A stretch of DNA of 64,000 nt from an uncultured Phycisphaerales bacterium (lineage in GTDB: Bacteria > Planctomycetota > Phycisphaerae > Tepidisphaerales > Tepidisphaeraceae). A model generated the notes under the pieces. That model was not told the DNA's origin. It was given only the letters and a program-made list of their open reading frames with translations, and made no database searches. Shown here one piece after another: positions 1-11,894 of this stretch; the stretch's first letter is position 1; each line of letters opens with the position of its first letter. Location: NCBI GenBank assembly GCA_963755915.1, contig CAVWLP010000002.1, positions 3,936,001 to 4,000,000 on the forward strand, read 5' to 3'. The position numbers and the translations under genes are program-made.

Positions 1-327
1 ATGGTTCTGGACCAGACGGGGTTGAGTTCGTGGGCGTGGTCGCAGGATTCGACGATTGTGGTGGATGCTTATGACGGGTCGATCGTGTATACGCCGCAGT
101 ATGTGCTGATGAAGCATGTGAGCACGTTCGTGAAGCCGGGGGCGGTTTTTCTGAAGGCTTCATCCGATGGGGATCCGGTGTTGGCGTTTAAGAGGGGGGA
201 TGGGGCGGTGATCGCCGTGATTATGAATAGCAATCGGTTTGATCGGGAAGCGGAGTTGCACGTTGGGGGGGAGATGGTGAGTGTGAGTTTACCGGCGAGG
301 TCATTTAGTACGTTTGTTTGTCGGTAG
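1..327 (+). CDS. Glycoside hydrolase family 30 (glucosylceramidase-like), C-terminal part; truncated at window edge
   Basis: MVLD..G.S.W.W.Q, YTPQY..MKH.S.FVKPGA, LAFKR.DG and SLPARSFSTF resemble the GH30 C-terminal TIM/beta-sandwich region. Confidence 0.8.
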   Translation: MVLDQTGLSSWAWSQDSTIVVDAYDGSIVYTPQYVLMKHVSTFVKPGAVFLKASSDGDPVLAFKRGDGAVIAVIMNSNRFDREAELHVGGEMVSVSLPARSFSTFVCR

Positions 328-400
328 GGGCTGTGATTTGTCGACGTCGGAAGACGCGCCCCGCGGTTCGACACAGCTCACCGAAGTCAAGCGGGGGCGG

Positions 401-1444
401 CTACACGGGGAGGGGGATGTCTTGTGATTTTGGGGGAAGGGGAGTGATGTGGGTGAGGCCCGTTTTTCCGAGCTTGCGCCATTCGACCCATTGCCAGGCG
501 ATGACGCCGGGGAGGCCGAAGGCGAGTTCGCGGACGCGGCGGATGAGGGCGAGGGCCATGGCGGTTTGGGGGGAGATTCTGAGCATGGCGCCGAAGGCGA
601 GGTAGCCGCTTTCCTGGGCGCCGAGGGCGCCGGGGAGAATGAACAGGGCGGATCGAATGGCCTGGCTGGCGCATTCGAGGACGTAGCATTTGCCGTAGCT
701 CATGGGGAAGCCGAGGGCGCGAAGGGCGATCCAGACTTCGACCGCGCCGGTGGACCAGGTTCCCATGAGGCAGACGGCGCTGATGAGGAGGGCGCGGCGG
801 CGGGAATAGATTTGGGAGATGGCGGAGTCGATTTCTCGGCCGTGGTCGGCCATTTTGCTCCAGGCGGGGGACTTGGTGATGCTGGAGACGATGGTGCCAC
901 CGATGCGGAAGATGCCGGCGCGTTGGACGATGTAGAAGCCGCCGACGGCGAGGAATCCGACGATGAGGGCGACGATCATGGTGGTGTTGGAGCCGCCGCG
1001 GTGGGTGATGGCGAAGAAGGCCCAGATGCCGCTGAGGGCGAAGATGATCTGGGTGAGGACGCAGAGGGTCATGTCGGCAAGGACGCTGGCGGCGGAGATG
1101 GCGAAGTTCATGCCCCAGATGGTGGCGACGCGCATGCGGACGAGTTCGCCACCGACCTGGGCGACGGGGAGCATGGTGTTGACGGCGTCGCCCATCCAGC
1201 GGACGAGGAACAATCTGGGGACGGATAAGCGCTGTTTTACGGGGATCAGGATTCTCCAGCTAAAGAGATCGCAGAGCATGGGGACGCAGTGAAAAGCGAC
1301 GACGGTGGCGACGCCCCAGCCGGCGGCGAGGACGGTTTTGAGGACGTCGCGGATGTCGTTGTGAATGAAGAGGAAGAGGCACCAGACGGCGCCGATGAGG
1401 CCGACGAGGGCGATGGTGAGCTGGGTTTTACGCGCGGCGGTCAT
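401..1444 (-). CDS. Lysylphosphatidylglycerol-synthase-TM / flippase-like membrane protein (HpnL-like)
   Basis: Multi-TM protein with VNTMLPVAQVGGELVR and LPGALGAQE motifs; start taken at MTAARK. Confidence 0.8.
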   Translation of the reverse strand: MTAARKTQLTIALVGLIGAVWCLFLFIHNDIRDVLKTVLAAGWGVATVVAFHCVPMLCDLFSWRILIPVKQRLSVPRLFLVRWMGDAVNTMLPVAQVGGELVRMRVATIWGMNFAISAASVLADMTLCVLTQIIFALSGIWAFFAITHRGGSNTTMIVALIVGFLAVGGFYIVQRAGIFRIGGTIVSSITKSPAWSKMADHGREIDSAISQIYSRRRALLISAVCLMGTWSTGAVEVWIALRALGFPMSYGKCYVLECASQAIRSALFILPGALGAQESGYLAFGAMLRISPQTAMALALIRRVRELAFGLPGVIAWQWVEWRKLGKTGLTHITPLPPKSQDIPLPV

Positions 1445-1602
1445 GAGGGGGGGATTATTGCGTGTGGGGGTAGGTGAGTCCAACGGGGGTGGTGGCTGTG
1501 GCACGGAACGCGCACCCCGAAGTAAATTTGTAGCGTCTGTAACGGCTGGAACGGCAGTCGGTTTTGCTTGACCCATCTTCGGCCGTTGCCGATGAGCGAT
1601 AT

Positions 1603-2903
1603 ATGAACATTCGATGGCGTCGCGCGTGGCTGGCGGTCGGAGCGGCGGTGTTTGCGGCGGCGATGCCGCTTTCGGGGCGGGCCGATAAGATTACGCTGCA
1701 AACGGGGAAGACGTATGACTGCGATGTGATCGGCGAGGATGCGACGACCGTTTCGGTCGATCTGTCGGATTCCAATCGGGCTTTATTTGGGCATTTTCCG
1801 CGGAGCCAGATTACGGCGTGGGTGAAGAGCGTTCACCAGGGGCAGCCCTATGTTGTGCTGCCGATTTCGGGGACCATCGGCGTTGATGTGACGGCGGATG
1901 GGGTGAAAACGGGGATCGGCCGGGCGCTGAAGCTTAAGCCGAAAATCATCGTTTTTCTGATCGACAGCGGGGGGGAAATATCGGCCACCTTCAGAACATG
2001 GTGGCAGCGCTGCAGGCGATTCCGTCGGATGTAACGGCGGTGGCGTTCGTTCAGCAGGCCTACTCGGCGGCGGCGGTGTTTGCGATGTCGTGTCCGCGGA
2101 TATTTTTGACGTCGAATGCGGTGCTGGGGGCGGCGGTGCCGTTTCAGCATAACGGGGCAGGGCTGCCGGTAGACCTCGTGGATAAGGTTAAATCAGCGCT
2201 GGAGGCGCAGCAGCGGACGTGGGTGAGTGCGGCGGGGCATGACGACCTGCTGCTTCGGGGGATGATGGAGACGGACCTGGAGATATATCTGAGTGACGAT
2301 GCGTCGGGGCGGCCGATTCTCAGCACCAGCGGGCCGGGGAAGCTGCTGAAAGGGGAGGATCAGATTCTGACGTTGACGGCGGCCGATGCGGGGGAGTGCG
2401 GGCTCGCGCAGATCGCTCCCGATCTTCAAACGGCGATGACGGCGGTGGCGAAGGGCGCGGTTTATGAAGTGAGCCGGCGTCCGGGGGAGGCGGTTATTCG
2501 GGTTTCGCATCGGGAGAGGGATGAGATCTTGAGAACGGCGGCGCTGCTGCGGATCAAGCCGGAGATTGACGCGATCAACGCGCAGGCGGGACCGCTGGCC
2601 GCGAAGGTGGCGGCGGACAAGGCGGCGATCGACACGCTGGTGGGCACGGCCAAGCAGGAGATGGGGGCGATCGATACGGAGTTCCAGCAGGACGTTGAAA
2701 TTGCCAAGCACCAGAGCGACCCCGCCGATGCGATTGCGCAGGCCAAGCAGCAGCGGGACGCGCGGGTGCAGAAGGTGGTGGAGAACTGCAACGACGCCAT
2801 CGCGCCGCTCCAGGCGGAGATGAACGACGATGCGGCGCAGCTCAAGATTTACAGGGATCGGGTGAACGAACTCATGGCTACCGTGCCGGATTTTGTGGAT
2901 TAG
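1603..2903 (+). CDS. Secreted NfeD/ClpP-class (S49-like) serine-protease-domain protein with C-terminal coiled coil; frameshift at G-run near 1970
   Basis: Signal peptide; VLPISGTIG, FLIDSGG and AFVQQAYSAAA..MSC..I motifs span ORFs 1564..2034 and 1998..2903. Confidence 0.65.
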
Positions 2904-2969
2904 TTGGAAGAGACTTGCAAACCCTCCCCGCAGCATCTAGGCTCTGAGCCCTAGTCTCAAGCGTCTAGC

Positions 2970-5900
2970 ATGAAACGGTTAATCCTGCGGATATCTATCC
3001 TGGCGGCGGGGGGGATCGTTCTGCTGGCGATTATCGTGGGGTTCATTTTAATGCATCGCCCGGGCAGCCTGCGCGATTGGATCGGGGCGCAGCTTCAGGA
3101 TATAGCCAATTCGTATCTGAATCCGCAGCTCAGCTTCACGGATCTCGCGTACGAGTATCCCCTTTCGGTTTCGCTGAAGAACCTACATCTGACGGCCGAC
3201 GACCCGGAGCATCTGGGGCACACGATCGACATCATTGCGTGCCGATCGGCGGAGGTTTCGCTGGCGGAGATTCCGCAGCTTGGCAAGCCGATCGTGATTC
3301 AGGAAATCGTGCTGGACGAGCCGCTGATATCGGCGGTGGCGATTGAGCCGAGGTCGAAGAAGTTTGTGGGGTTTTACAATCTGCTGCGCAAGAGCAATCC
3401 TGAGAATACGCCGGAGGATGCGAGCAAGCCGTCGAAGAAGCTGAGCGATGTTTTCAAGATGCGGCTGGTGCAGATCAAGGACGGAAAGGTTGTTTACGAT
3501 CCGCGCATCGAGGGGACGGTTCCGATGACGCTGGACCAGATCAACACGGTGCTGAACATCGAGCCGGTGGAGGCGGGGTGGTATACGATCGACACGGATA
3601 TCGCGCGGAAACCGGTGTTTGATCTTGGGGTGAAGGGGCAGGTGAGCCTGGACACATTCAGCGTGCGCGATGCGGATGTGAGGATTCTGGCGGACCTGTC
3701 GCAGGAAAAGCTCGATTATCTGCCCCCGGAAATTCAGGCGCTGCTGAAGCAGTATGACGCGAAGGGAAAGCTGACGATCAACGTGGCCGGCGATATGCCG
3801 GTGCTGGAGCCGATGAAGGGGCATATCAAGCTGGGGGTGACGCTGGATAAGGCCAATCTGCAGTTGAGCGGGCTGAAGATTCCTATTGATGGGCTGAATC
3901 TTGCGTCGAGTTTCGCGGATGGGAATGTGGCGGTTTCGTCGCTGAAGATCGCGGCGCTGGGGGGACGGCGGATTTGAGCGGGGCGATCGCGCTCAACGAC
4001 CGGCTGGATGGGGATCTGCACCTCAACATCGCGGGGATGGTCCCGGAGCGGATGTTCGCCAACGCGGAACGGGCTTCGCAGTATCCGGCGAAGGTGGGTG
4101 TGGATTTGAGCGTGGCGGCGTCGCTGAAGAGCCTTTTTGGGAAGGCTCCGCCGAAACCGAATGAGCCGCTGGCGGTGGTGGGGGTGAAAGATCTGAGGGT
4201 GACGGCGGACGATCCGGGGAATCCGGGGGAATCGATTGACGTGCTGGCTTGCAAAAAGCTGGACGTTTCGCTTTCGCAGCCGATCGTCTCGGGGAAGCCG
4301 GTGGTGATTGACAGCCTTGTTCTGCAGCGGCCGATTGTGTCGGCGATTTCGGTTACGCCGGGGTCGATGCGATTTGCGGGGGTGCCGAATCTGGCGCAGG
4401 CGAGCGCGGCACCGGCGGCGTTGGAAGCCGGTGTACCGGCATCGCCCGCGCCTGAGCCGAGGAAATTGGGGGACTTTGTGAGGGTGAAGTCGCTTGACCT
4501 CACGGGGGCACGGATCGTTTACGACCCGCGAATTCCCGGCACGCAGCGGATGATTCTCGATCCGATCGACATCGGGGTGAAGATCAATCCGGACAATGCG
4601 GGGCAGTACCTGGTCAAGACCAATATTTCACGAGCTCCCGTGTTTAACCTCGCGGTAAATGGCGGCGTGGATATCAACAATCCGGGGCTGCAAAACTTGG
4701 ACATCCACCTCCAGGCGGACCTGACGCAGAAGCAGGTTGATTTTCTGCCGCCGCAGGTTCAGGTGCTGGTGAAGGAGACGCATGCCCGGGGAAAGCTGGA
4801 TGCGCGGTTTGCCACGTCCGTCTCGCTTTCGGATCTCAGACGGGGACGGGCGAAATTTGACATGGATGTCCAGCACTTCAGCATCCTGGCCGCCAACCGG
4901 CAGATTCCGATCGACGATTGCAACGTCTCGGCCCGGCTTCAGGACCGGGTGGTGCACAATACGATCAAGCTGACGACGTTGGGAAACGAATTTGATCTTG
5001 TGGGCTCGGTGGCGTTGAACGACCGCCTGGATACAGATGAAACGCTGCAAATTCGCAATCTGGTGCTGGAGAAATTAATGGCAAAACTGGAGCCGGACCG
5101 GCCGGCGTTGGCGAGTTCGACGATTTTGAACGCCGACCTACAAATCCAATGTGCGGGGATGGTGGCGATGGGGGCGGTTGCGCCGAAAGCGAATGAGCCG
5201 GTGATTTCGGTGAATTTGCGGAATTTCCGGCTGACGACGGACGATCCAATCGCGCCGGGGCAGCCACTGGATTTTGTGACGTTGGAACGGCTGGGGGTGG
5301 TTTTACCATCGCTGCCGGAGGCGGGGAGGCCGGTGGTGGTGGATCAGATTGTGCTTGAACATCCGGGAATTCATGCGATTTCGATGGAGCCGGGATCGAA
5401 TCGGCTCGCGGGGTTCTGCGATCTTCAGAAGATGTTTGCGGCTCTGTCTTCGGCTTCGACGCAGGAGTCGGGCGAAGGGGCGACGACCCAGCCGGAAACG
5501 GCGAACGTGCGGCTGGAGAATCTTGCCCGGATTGGGCGAGTTGATATGACGGATGCCTCGCTGAATTACAATCCACGAATCGACAACACGGTGCCGATGT
5601 CGCTGCAGAACGTCAGCGCGAAGATCAACATGGATTCGGAAGACGGCAGTGCGTATCGGTTTGACGTGCTGGTTCCGTCCAAGCCGGATTTTAATCTTGA
5701 AGTTTCGGGGCGGCTGGACCTTGAGGACATGACGCTTCAGCCGCTTACCATGGGGATAACGGCGGATTTTGGGGATGGACCGCTGAGCTGGCTTCCGCCG
5801 CAGGTACAGCTCATCGTGAATCGGTATAACCCGGTGGGATCGGTGGATGTGAATGAGGAGGCGACGGTTCCGCTGCGCGATCCATTGTCCGGGGATTTTC

Positions 5901-6919
5901 ATACCGATTTGAAGATGGACAAGTTCACGGCGGATATCTCCAACTTTCATCTGCCGCTGGACCAGGTCCGTATGCCGGTGCGGTTTCATGAGAACCAGAT
6001 CGAGTTTCTGGATTCTTCTTCGCTGGGCGGACCGACGCTGACGGCGTTTGGGGGGACAGCCAATCTTATGGGGACGGTGAGGCTGAACGACCGGCTCGAT
6101 ACGACGATAGGGCTGCACACGGATGGGATTCTGATCGAGTCGATCCTGGCGTGCATGAATCCGCCGTCCAAACATAAGCTTATTGGGGCGGTTCATCTGG
6201 ATCTGAATCTGGTGAATGCGCCGGTGATGGTGGTAATCGGGAAGTGGCAGCATCCGGATGTCGATCCTGCATCGCTGCCGAGTGACGAGCCTTTGCCGCT
6301 TTATGCGCAGGAGCTGCCGGCTCACTGGGGCAGCGCGCACCTGGAGATTTCGCATGCCTATCTGGTGGGGCTCGAGCTGGTTCACGGAGTGACGGAGTAT
6401 GCGAAGCAGGCGTTTCAGGAGCTATTTGAGAAAAAGAAGCCGACCGAGCCCGAGGAGATTATTCCGAAGGAATCTGCCGAGGTGGACTGCACGTTTGACC
6501 GGGATCGGGTTTCGGTTTCGCACGTGTACTATGAAGGGGAAGATATGTCCGCGGGAGGGAGCGGGTGGATATCGCTTTCGCAGAATCTGGATTTGAAGCT
6601 CACCGGCGGCCTGGGGAAGGGGGAGAACTGGCTTAAGCGGGCGATGGATTCGCTGGCGTATTACCACATCTATGGGTCGCTGCATAACATTCAGTACACG
6701 GTGAACCGCGGGGATGGGAAGCCGATCATCATGGGGGTGAAGATGGTGGCGCAGCAAGCGAATACGGGGATTCATACGGGCGTGCACTATGTGGGCGTGG
6801 GATTAAATCAGGCGGGGAAGGGGTTGCAAAAGGCGGGGGATTTCCTGCATGGGCTGTTTAACCATAAGAAGGATCAGGATGCGGCGCCGACGCAGCCTTC
6901 GGATCAGAATCAACCGTAA
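2970..6919 (+). CDS. Large AsmA-like N-anchored beta-rich protein with three internal ~340-aa repeats; frameshift at G-run near 3960
   Basis: N-terminal TM. Repeated motifs ADDP/TDDP, GKP.VI..IVL..P, YDPRI.GT, LPP(E/Q)(I/V)Q.L and ALNDRLD. AsmA-like C-terminus (GSGWISLSQNLDLKL). Confidence 0.7.
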
Positions 6920-7007
6920 GAGATGCCGACGGATGGGGTTGTCCGCGGCGATGGGGTTTTGATAAGATTGCATGCGTTCAATTGCGACAAATTAAGGTTC
7001 GAGAGGT

Positions 7008-8057
7008 GTGAAAATGGAGACTTCCTCATCGGCTCCTGCTACCAGTTCGGTGCGACCGCGCCGCCGGTGGCTTCGGCGGATTTTGGTTGCCGTCGTGGTG
7101 ATGGTCATCGGGGTGACCTGCGTGGAGCTGTATGTGCGCTTTCGACTTGGGTTGGGCGATCCACCGCTCTCGATGGATGACCCGGGGATGAAATATTTGT
7201 TTCAGCCGAACCAGGATGGGTGGCGGTTTGGCAATCATTACCACTACAACGCCTACTCGATGCGGAGCGAGGATTTTCCGGCGCATAAGACGGACCCGCA
7301 CGAGCTGCGGGTGATGTTGGTGGGGAACAGCATCATCAACGGGGGAAATCTGACCGACCAGAAGGATATTGTCAGCGCGATTCTTGAGGATGATCTGAAG
7401 CGCGATCTTGGGCGGCCGGTGATCGTGGGGAACATTTCGGCAGGTGGGTGGCATGCGCCAAGCGAATACGGGTATGTGAAGAAGTTCGGTTTGTTCGATG
7501 CGGATGTGGTGGTGATTGTGCTGGCGAGTTTTGATTGCGCGGAGGATCCGCCGCCTTATCCGCATTTCTCGGGTGTTTTGTCGTACATGCCGGACCACAA
7601 GCCGGTGCTGGCGATCCAGGAGGCGGTGACGCGTTATCTGCCCCGGTATTTGCCCGGCTGGCTGCACGGGGCGGAGGCGAACGAATCTGGGCCGATTCCG
7701 GACATGCAGGCGACATTTACGCAGCAGGAGGCCGACTGGTCGCAGGGGTGCCTGCGGAAACTGATCGAAGCGGGTTTTGCCTCGCACGCATCGGTGATCG
7801 TGGCGCAGTATCTGGTTCCACACGAGGTGACTGGAAACGTGGATAACGGATATCCGATCAATCAGAAGACGGCGCTGGAAGAGGGAGCCGCGGTAGTGCA
7901 GATGGGGCCGACTTTTGCGGCGGCGGTGGCGGCGGGTAAACAGCCTTTTCGCGACTCGTGCCATCCCAATGTGCTGGGGCAGAGACTGATGGCGCAGGTG
8001 CTGCTGCCGGCGATTGAGAAAGCGGTGGAGGGGCAAACCAAAGAGCCGAAACCCTAA
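7008..8057 (+). CDS. SGNH/GDSL-hydrolase-like membrane-anchored protein
   Basis: N-terminal TM, LVGNSIING block I and DSCHPN (DxxH) block V. Confidence 0.75.
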   Translation: MKMETSSSAPATSSVRPRRRWLRRILVAVVVMVIGVTCVELYVRFRLGLGDPPLSMDDPGMKYLFQPNQDGWRFGNHYHYNAYSMRSEDFPAHKTDPHELRVMLVGNSIINGGNLTDQKDIVSAILEDDLKRDLGRPVIVGNISAGGWHAPSEYGYVKKFGLFDADVVVIVLASFDCAEDPPPYPHFSGVLSYMPDHKPVLAIQEAVTRYLPRYLPGWLHGAEANESGPIPDMQATFTQQEADWSQGCLRKLIEAGFASHASVIVAQYLVPHEVTGNVDNGYPINQKTALEEGAAVVQMGPTFAAAVAAGKQPFRDSCHPNVLGQRLMAQVLLPAIEKAVEGQTKEPKP

Positions 8058-8102
8058 ACCAGTCTTCGACCCTGAGGCGCAGACGCAACGGGAGTTCAAA
8101 TC
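8044..8102 (-). repeat. ~60-bp REP-like repeat; IS-free homologue of the IS481 target at 33058-33083/34441-34474
   Basis: Reverse complement GATTTGAACTCCCGTTGCGTCTGCGCCTCAGGGTCGAAGACTGGTTTAGGGTTTCGG aligns with the joined IS481 flanks. Confidence 0.7.
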
Positions 8103-9417
8103 GGCTTGCGGCGGTCGATGAAGACGCGCTGTTTGCGGAGGTCGCGGGAGTCGCCGAGGGTCTGGATTTCCTGCAAGGTGGTTAAGCGGACGGAGGGGCA
8201 GACTTTGAGCTCGCCGCGGAGTTTGTCGCAGATCAGCTCGATGGCGCCGTCGGCGGAGCCGCGCCAGGCGATGAGGATTTCAAGCTCGTCGGAAAGTACG
8301 GTGGGGGCGGTGGCGATCATCAGGTAGTCGATGATGTTTTCGATGGGCTGAAGGGCGCGCTGGACGGCGGCGGGATAGACCGTTGTTCCTTTCAGCTTCA
8401 TGGCCTGCTCGCGACGGCCGAGGATGGGGCCGATGCGCGGGGTCCAGAGTCCGCAGGGGCAGCGGACGCGGGTCATGAAGGTGATATCGCCGGTGGCGAA
8501 GCGGATGAGGGGCATGGCCTCGACGCCGATGGTGGTAGCGACGAGTTGGCCGGGCTGGCCATCGGGGACGGGGCGGCCGGAATCGTCCAATATTTCTGCG
8601 TGCAGGAGTTGGGGGTGAAGATGACCGCCCTGGCCGGCGGGGCATTCGCAAAGGGAGGAGGCAAGCTCGGTGATGCCGTAGGTCGAAAATGCCCGGGCAT
8701 TCCAGGCTTCGGTGATTTGAGCGGCCAGAGGCGTCAGGGCCATGTCCGCGGCGCGGATTGGCTCGCCGATGCAGATGAGTTTGCGGACGGAGGCGGATCG
8801 GAGATCGAAATCATGCTGGCGGGCGTAGTCGGCGATTCGTTTGAGGAAAGAGGGGACGGAGACAATTGCGGTGGGGCGAAGACGCTGGATCATCGAAAGC
8901 ATCATGGAGGGGGAGCCGGCGCCGACGCGCACGATGCCCGCGCCCAGTTTTCGCAGGCCTTCGAAATAGGCGAGGCCGGCCATGAAGCATTTGTCGACGG
9001 TGACGGCGAGGATGACGAGGTCATTGGAAGTCAGACCGACGCGGCGGAAACAGAGGTGCTCGTTTTGGCCGAGGCGATCGAGATCGGCCGCCGTCAGGGG
9101 GTAGAGGGTGGAGATTCCGGTGGTTCCGCTGGTGGTGCAGAGGTCGATTATTTTGTCGCGGGAAACGCACCAGAATTTTTCGTTGGATTCGGAGACCTCT
9201 TTTTTGGTGGTGAGGGGGAGAGCGGAGAGGTCGGCCAGTGAAGAAATGGCGCGGAGCCCGAGAGTTTCTGGCGATAGAAGGGGGAATTCGTCCTGGCGTA
9301 TTCGAAGGTGGCGGTCACGCCGGTGGAGAGAAGGGAATCAATTTGGTCGGGAGTTAGATCGGGCTCGATGTCTCGCGGATCGATTGGGAAAGGCACGGAC
9401 GCGATTTTATTTGGCAT
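8096..9417 (-). CDS. Phenylacetate-CoA-ligase-family (PaaK-like) aryl-CoA ligase; one frameshift near 9258
   Basis: YARTNSPFY, TTSGTTG (in the restored frame), STYGITE, PLIRFATGD and ILGR..Q.MKLKGTTVYP. Confidence 0.85.
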
Positions 9418-9487
9418 GACCTCTGGTGGCAATCAAACCGCTTACGAGGCGCGGGCGGAGAAAATCCGTTTTCGATATGATGCGGAA

Positions 9488-10299
9488 ATGACTCGCTACG
9501 GCGTGGTGACCTGGACGGCGGTTGGGATTGCATCGGTGCTTTTCATCGCGTTGCCGATCCCGAAATGCACGTGGGCCGTGGCGGGGGTGTGGGCCGTGTA
9601 TGTTCCGATCTTCGTGGGGGGGATGGGGTTTATTCGCTGGCAGTTTTTCATGCCGGCGATTTGCAGGGGGGCGGCGGGGGGAAAATAGTTGCGCTGACGT
9701 TTGACGATGGGCCGGATCCGGCGAGCACGCCGCGATTGCTGGAGCTTCTGGAGAGGGAAAAGATTCGAGCGACATTTTTTTGTATCGGGAAACGTGTGGA
9801 TGCGCATCCGGAGCTTGCGGCGCGAATCGTGGGGGAGGGGCATCTGCTGGGGAATCATAGTTATGAGCATCCCTGGTATATCAGCATGATGAGGGAGAAG
9901 CGGCTGGCTGAAGAATTGCGCAGAGGGCAAAGGTCGATCGAGGCGGCGAGCGGCGTGACGTGCCGGTATTTTCGGCCGCCCAGCGGGATGACCAGCCGGC
10001 ATTTTCCGGCGGTGCTGAAGGAGCTGGGGCTGACGATGGTGGGGTGGGATGTGAGGTCGCTGGATACGGTGGGAAGTGCTAAAGGGGCGATCGATCGGGT
10101 TTTGAGCGGGACGCGGGACGGAAGCATTATCCTGATGCATGATGGGGGGATGGAGGGGGAGAAGCTGATTGAGATCGTGAGTGCCGTGATTGGGGAACTT
10201 CGTAGCCGGGGCTTTGGATTTGAGCGGGTGGACCGGATGGTCGAGGTTCAATCGGTGGGGAAGTCGATGGAGCCGATGGGGAGTTTGCCAGTGCGGTAA
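9488..10299 (+). CDS. Polysaccharide deacetylase (CE4/NodB) with N-terminal TMs; frameshift at G-run near 9680
   Basis: VALTFDDGP, GNHSYEH, FRPP and IILMHD motifs. Confidence 0.9.
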
Positions 10300-11843
10300 A
10301 GCTCCAGGACCTTTTCGATATCGGTGTCCTGGCGGCGGTCTTCGTTGTTTACCGGAACGCTTTGGCGGAGCGTGCGGTGAAGGTCGCGGCTGCGGCGGTG
10401 GCAGCCTTCGGAGTTACGCAGATCGACGGCCTGGCAGACCGCAAGCTGGATGATGGCCAGGACGGTTTCGGTGAGCTCGATGACGCGCAGGGCATCGCGG
10501 GAGGCGATCGTGCCCATGCTCACCTTGTCCTGGTTATGCGATTCGGTGCTGCGGCTGAAGACGCTGGCGGGCATGGTGAGCTTCAGGGCTTCCGCTGCGA
10601 GGGCGGAAGTGGAAATCTGCATGGCCTTGAAGCCGTGATGGCTGACCTGATCGGCGCCGCTGTTGGCGACAAGGTCGGCGGGGAGGCCGTTGTTTGTGTG
10701 GGGGTTGCAGAGCATGGCCATCTGGCGGTCGGCGAGGTCGGCAATGTTGGCGACGGCGATCTTGAGCATGTCCATGGTCATGCAGGTGTGGCCGCCATAG
10801 AAGTTTCCGCCGTGGAGGACATCGCCGGTTTCGGGGTCGAAGAGGGGATTGTCGTTGGAGCTGTTGATTTCGGTTTCGAGAAGCTGGCGGATGAAGGTCA
10901 GGGAGTCGAGGAGGACGCCGATGATGTGCGGGGCGCAGCGGATGGAATAGCGGTCCTGGATTCGGCCGTTGCGCTTGGCTTCCTTAGCGGTGTAGCCGAT
11001 GTCGTGGGCGATCCAGCGGGCGCAGGCAAGTTGGCCGGCGTGGGGCTTGGCGAGGAAAAGGCGCTCGTCGAAATGGTGGCGGTTGCCGTGCAGGACGTCG
11101 CTGGCCATGGCGGTGATGGAGGCTGCCCAGCGGGCGAGTTTGCGGGCGCGGTCGTATGCGAGGCAGGCCAGGCCAGTCATGACACTGGTGCCGTTCATCA
11201 GGGCCAGACTCTCCTTGGGGCGAAGCTCGAGGGGTGTGAGGCCGGCGGCTTCGAAGGCGTCGGCGGTGCGCATGACCTTGTTGTCGAAGCAGACCTCGCG
11301 CTCGCCGATGAGGACGGCGGCGACATAGGAGAGTGGTGTCAGATCGCCGCTGGCGCCGACGGAGCCTTCGGAGGGTATCCGCGGCAGGATACGCATGTTG
11401 ATAAGCTGACACATATGCTCGAGAAGAACGGGTCTGACGGCGGACCGACCCTGGGCGAGGCTTGCGAGGCGGACGACCATGACGGCGGCGGCCTCGCTTT
11501 CGTCGAGAAACCGGCCAGTGCCGCAGCCGTGGAAGCGGACGAGGTTGGCGGCCATCTTTGCAGAAAGGGCCGGGGGGACGAAATTCTCACAGGATGCGCC
11601 GAAACCAGTGGTTACGCCGTAGATGGCCGTGCCTTTTTCGATGAGTTCGTCGAGAAGGCGAACGGTTCGCTCCAGTTTCTTGCGAAATGCCGGGGAATCG
11701 TCGAGCTGGATGCGGCTGGCGCCGGAGGCGACGGCGATGACATCCTCAATCCGTAGTTTCGAGGAGCCGAGGGTGACCATAGGCGTTGGGGTTTCCAAGG
11801 CCACCGGCTTAATTTTAAGATTGTGTATGTCAGCCTCTAGCAA
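10248..11843 (-). CDS. MIO-dependent aromatic amino acid ammonia-lyase (HAL/PAL family)
   Basis: YGVTTGFG, GSVGASGDL (MIO ASG), QDRYSIRC, NDNP, HGGNF and HNQDKVSMG. Confidence 0.95.
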   Translation of the reverse strand: MLEADIHNLKIKPVALETPTPMVTLGSSKLRIEDVIAVASGASRIQLDDSPAFRKKLERTVRLLDELIEKGTAIYGVTTGFGASCENFVPPALSAKMAANLVRFHGCGTGRFLDESEAAAVMVVRLASLAQGRSAVRPVLLEHMCQLINMRILPRIPSEGSVGASGDLTPLSYVAAVLIGEREVCFDNKVMRTADAFEAAGLTPLELRPKESLALMNGTSVMTGLACLAYDRARKLARWAASITAMASDVLHGNRHHFDERLFLAKPHAGQLACARWIAHDIGYTAKEAKRNGRIQDRYSIRCAPHIIGVLLDSLTFIRQLLETEINSSNDNPLFDPETGDVLHGGNFYGGHTCMTMDMLKIAVANIADLADRQMAMLCNPHTNNGLPADLVANSGADQVSHHGFKAMQISTSALAAEALKLTMPASVFSRSTESHNQDKVSMGTIASRDALRVIELTETVLAIIQLAVCQAVDLRNSEGCHRRSRDLHRTLRQSVPVNNEDRRQDTDIEKVLELYRTGKLPIGSIDFPTD

Positions 11844-11894
11844 GTTGCCCGATCATAATTTGCTGTGGCTTGTAATGCCAGTGAGAAGGAAGTG

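Noticed and set aside
10248-11843. Calling the lyase hutH
   Set aside because: No hut operon, biosynthetic context, and non-HutH specificity residues
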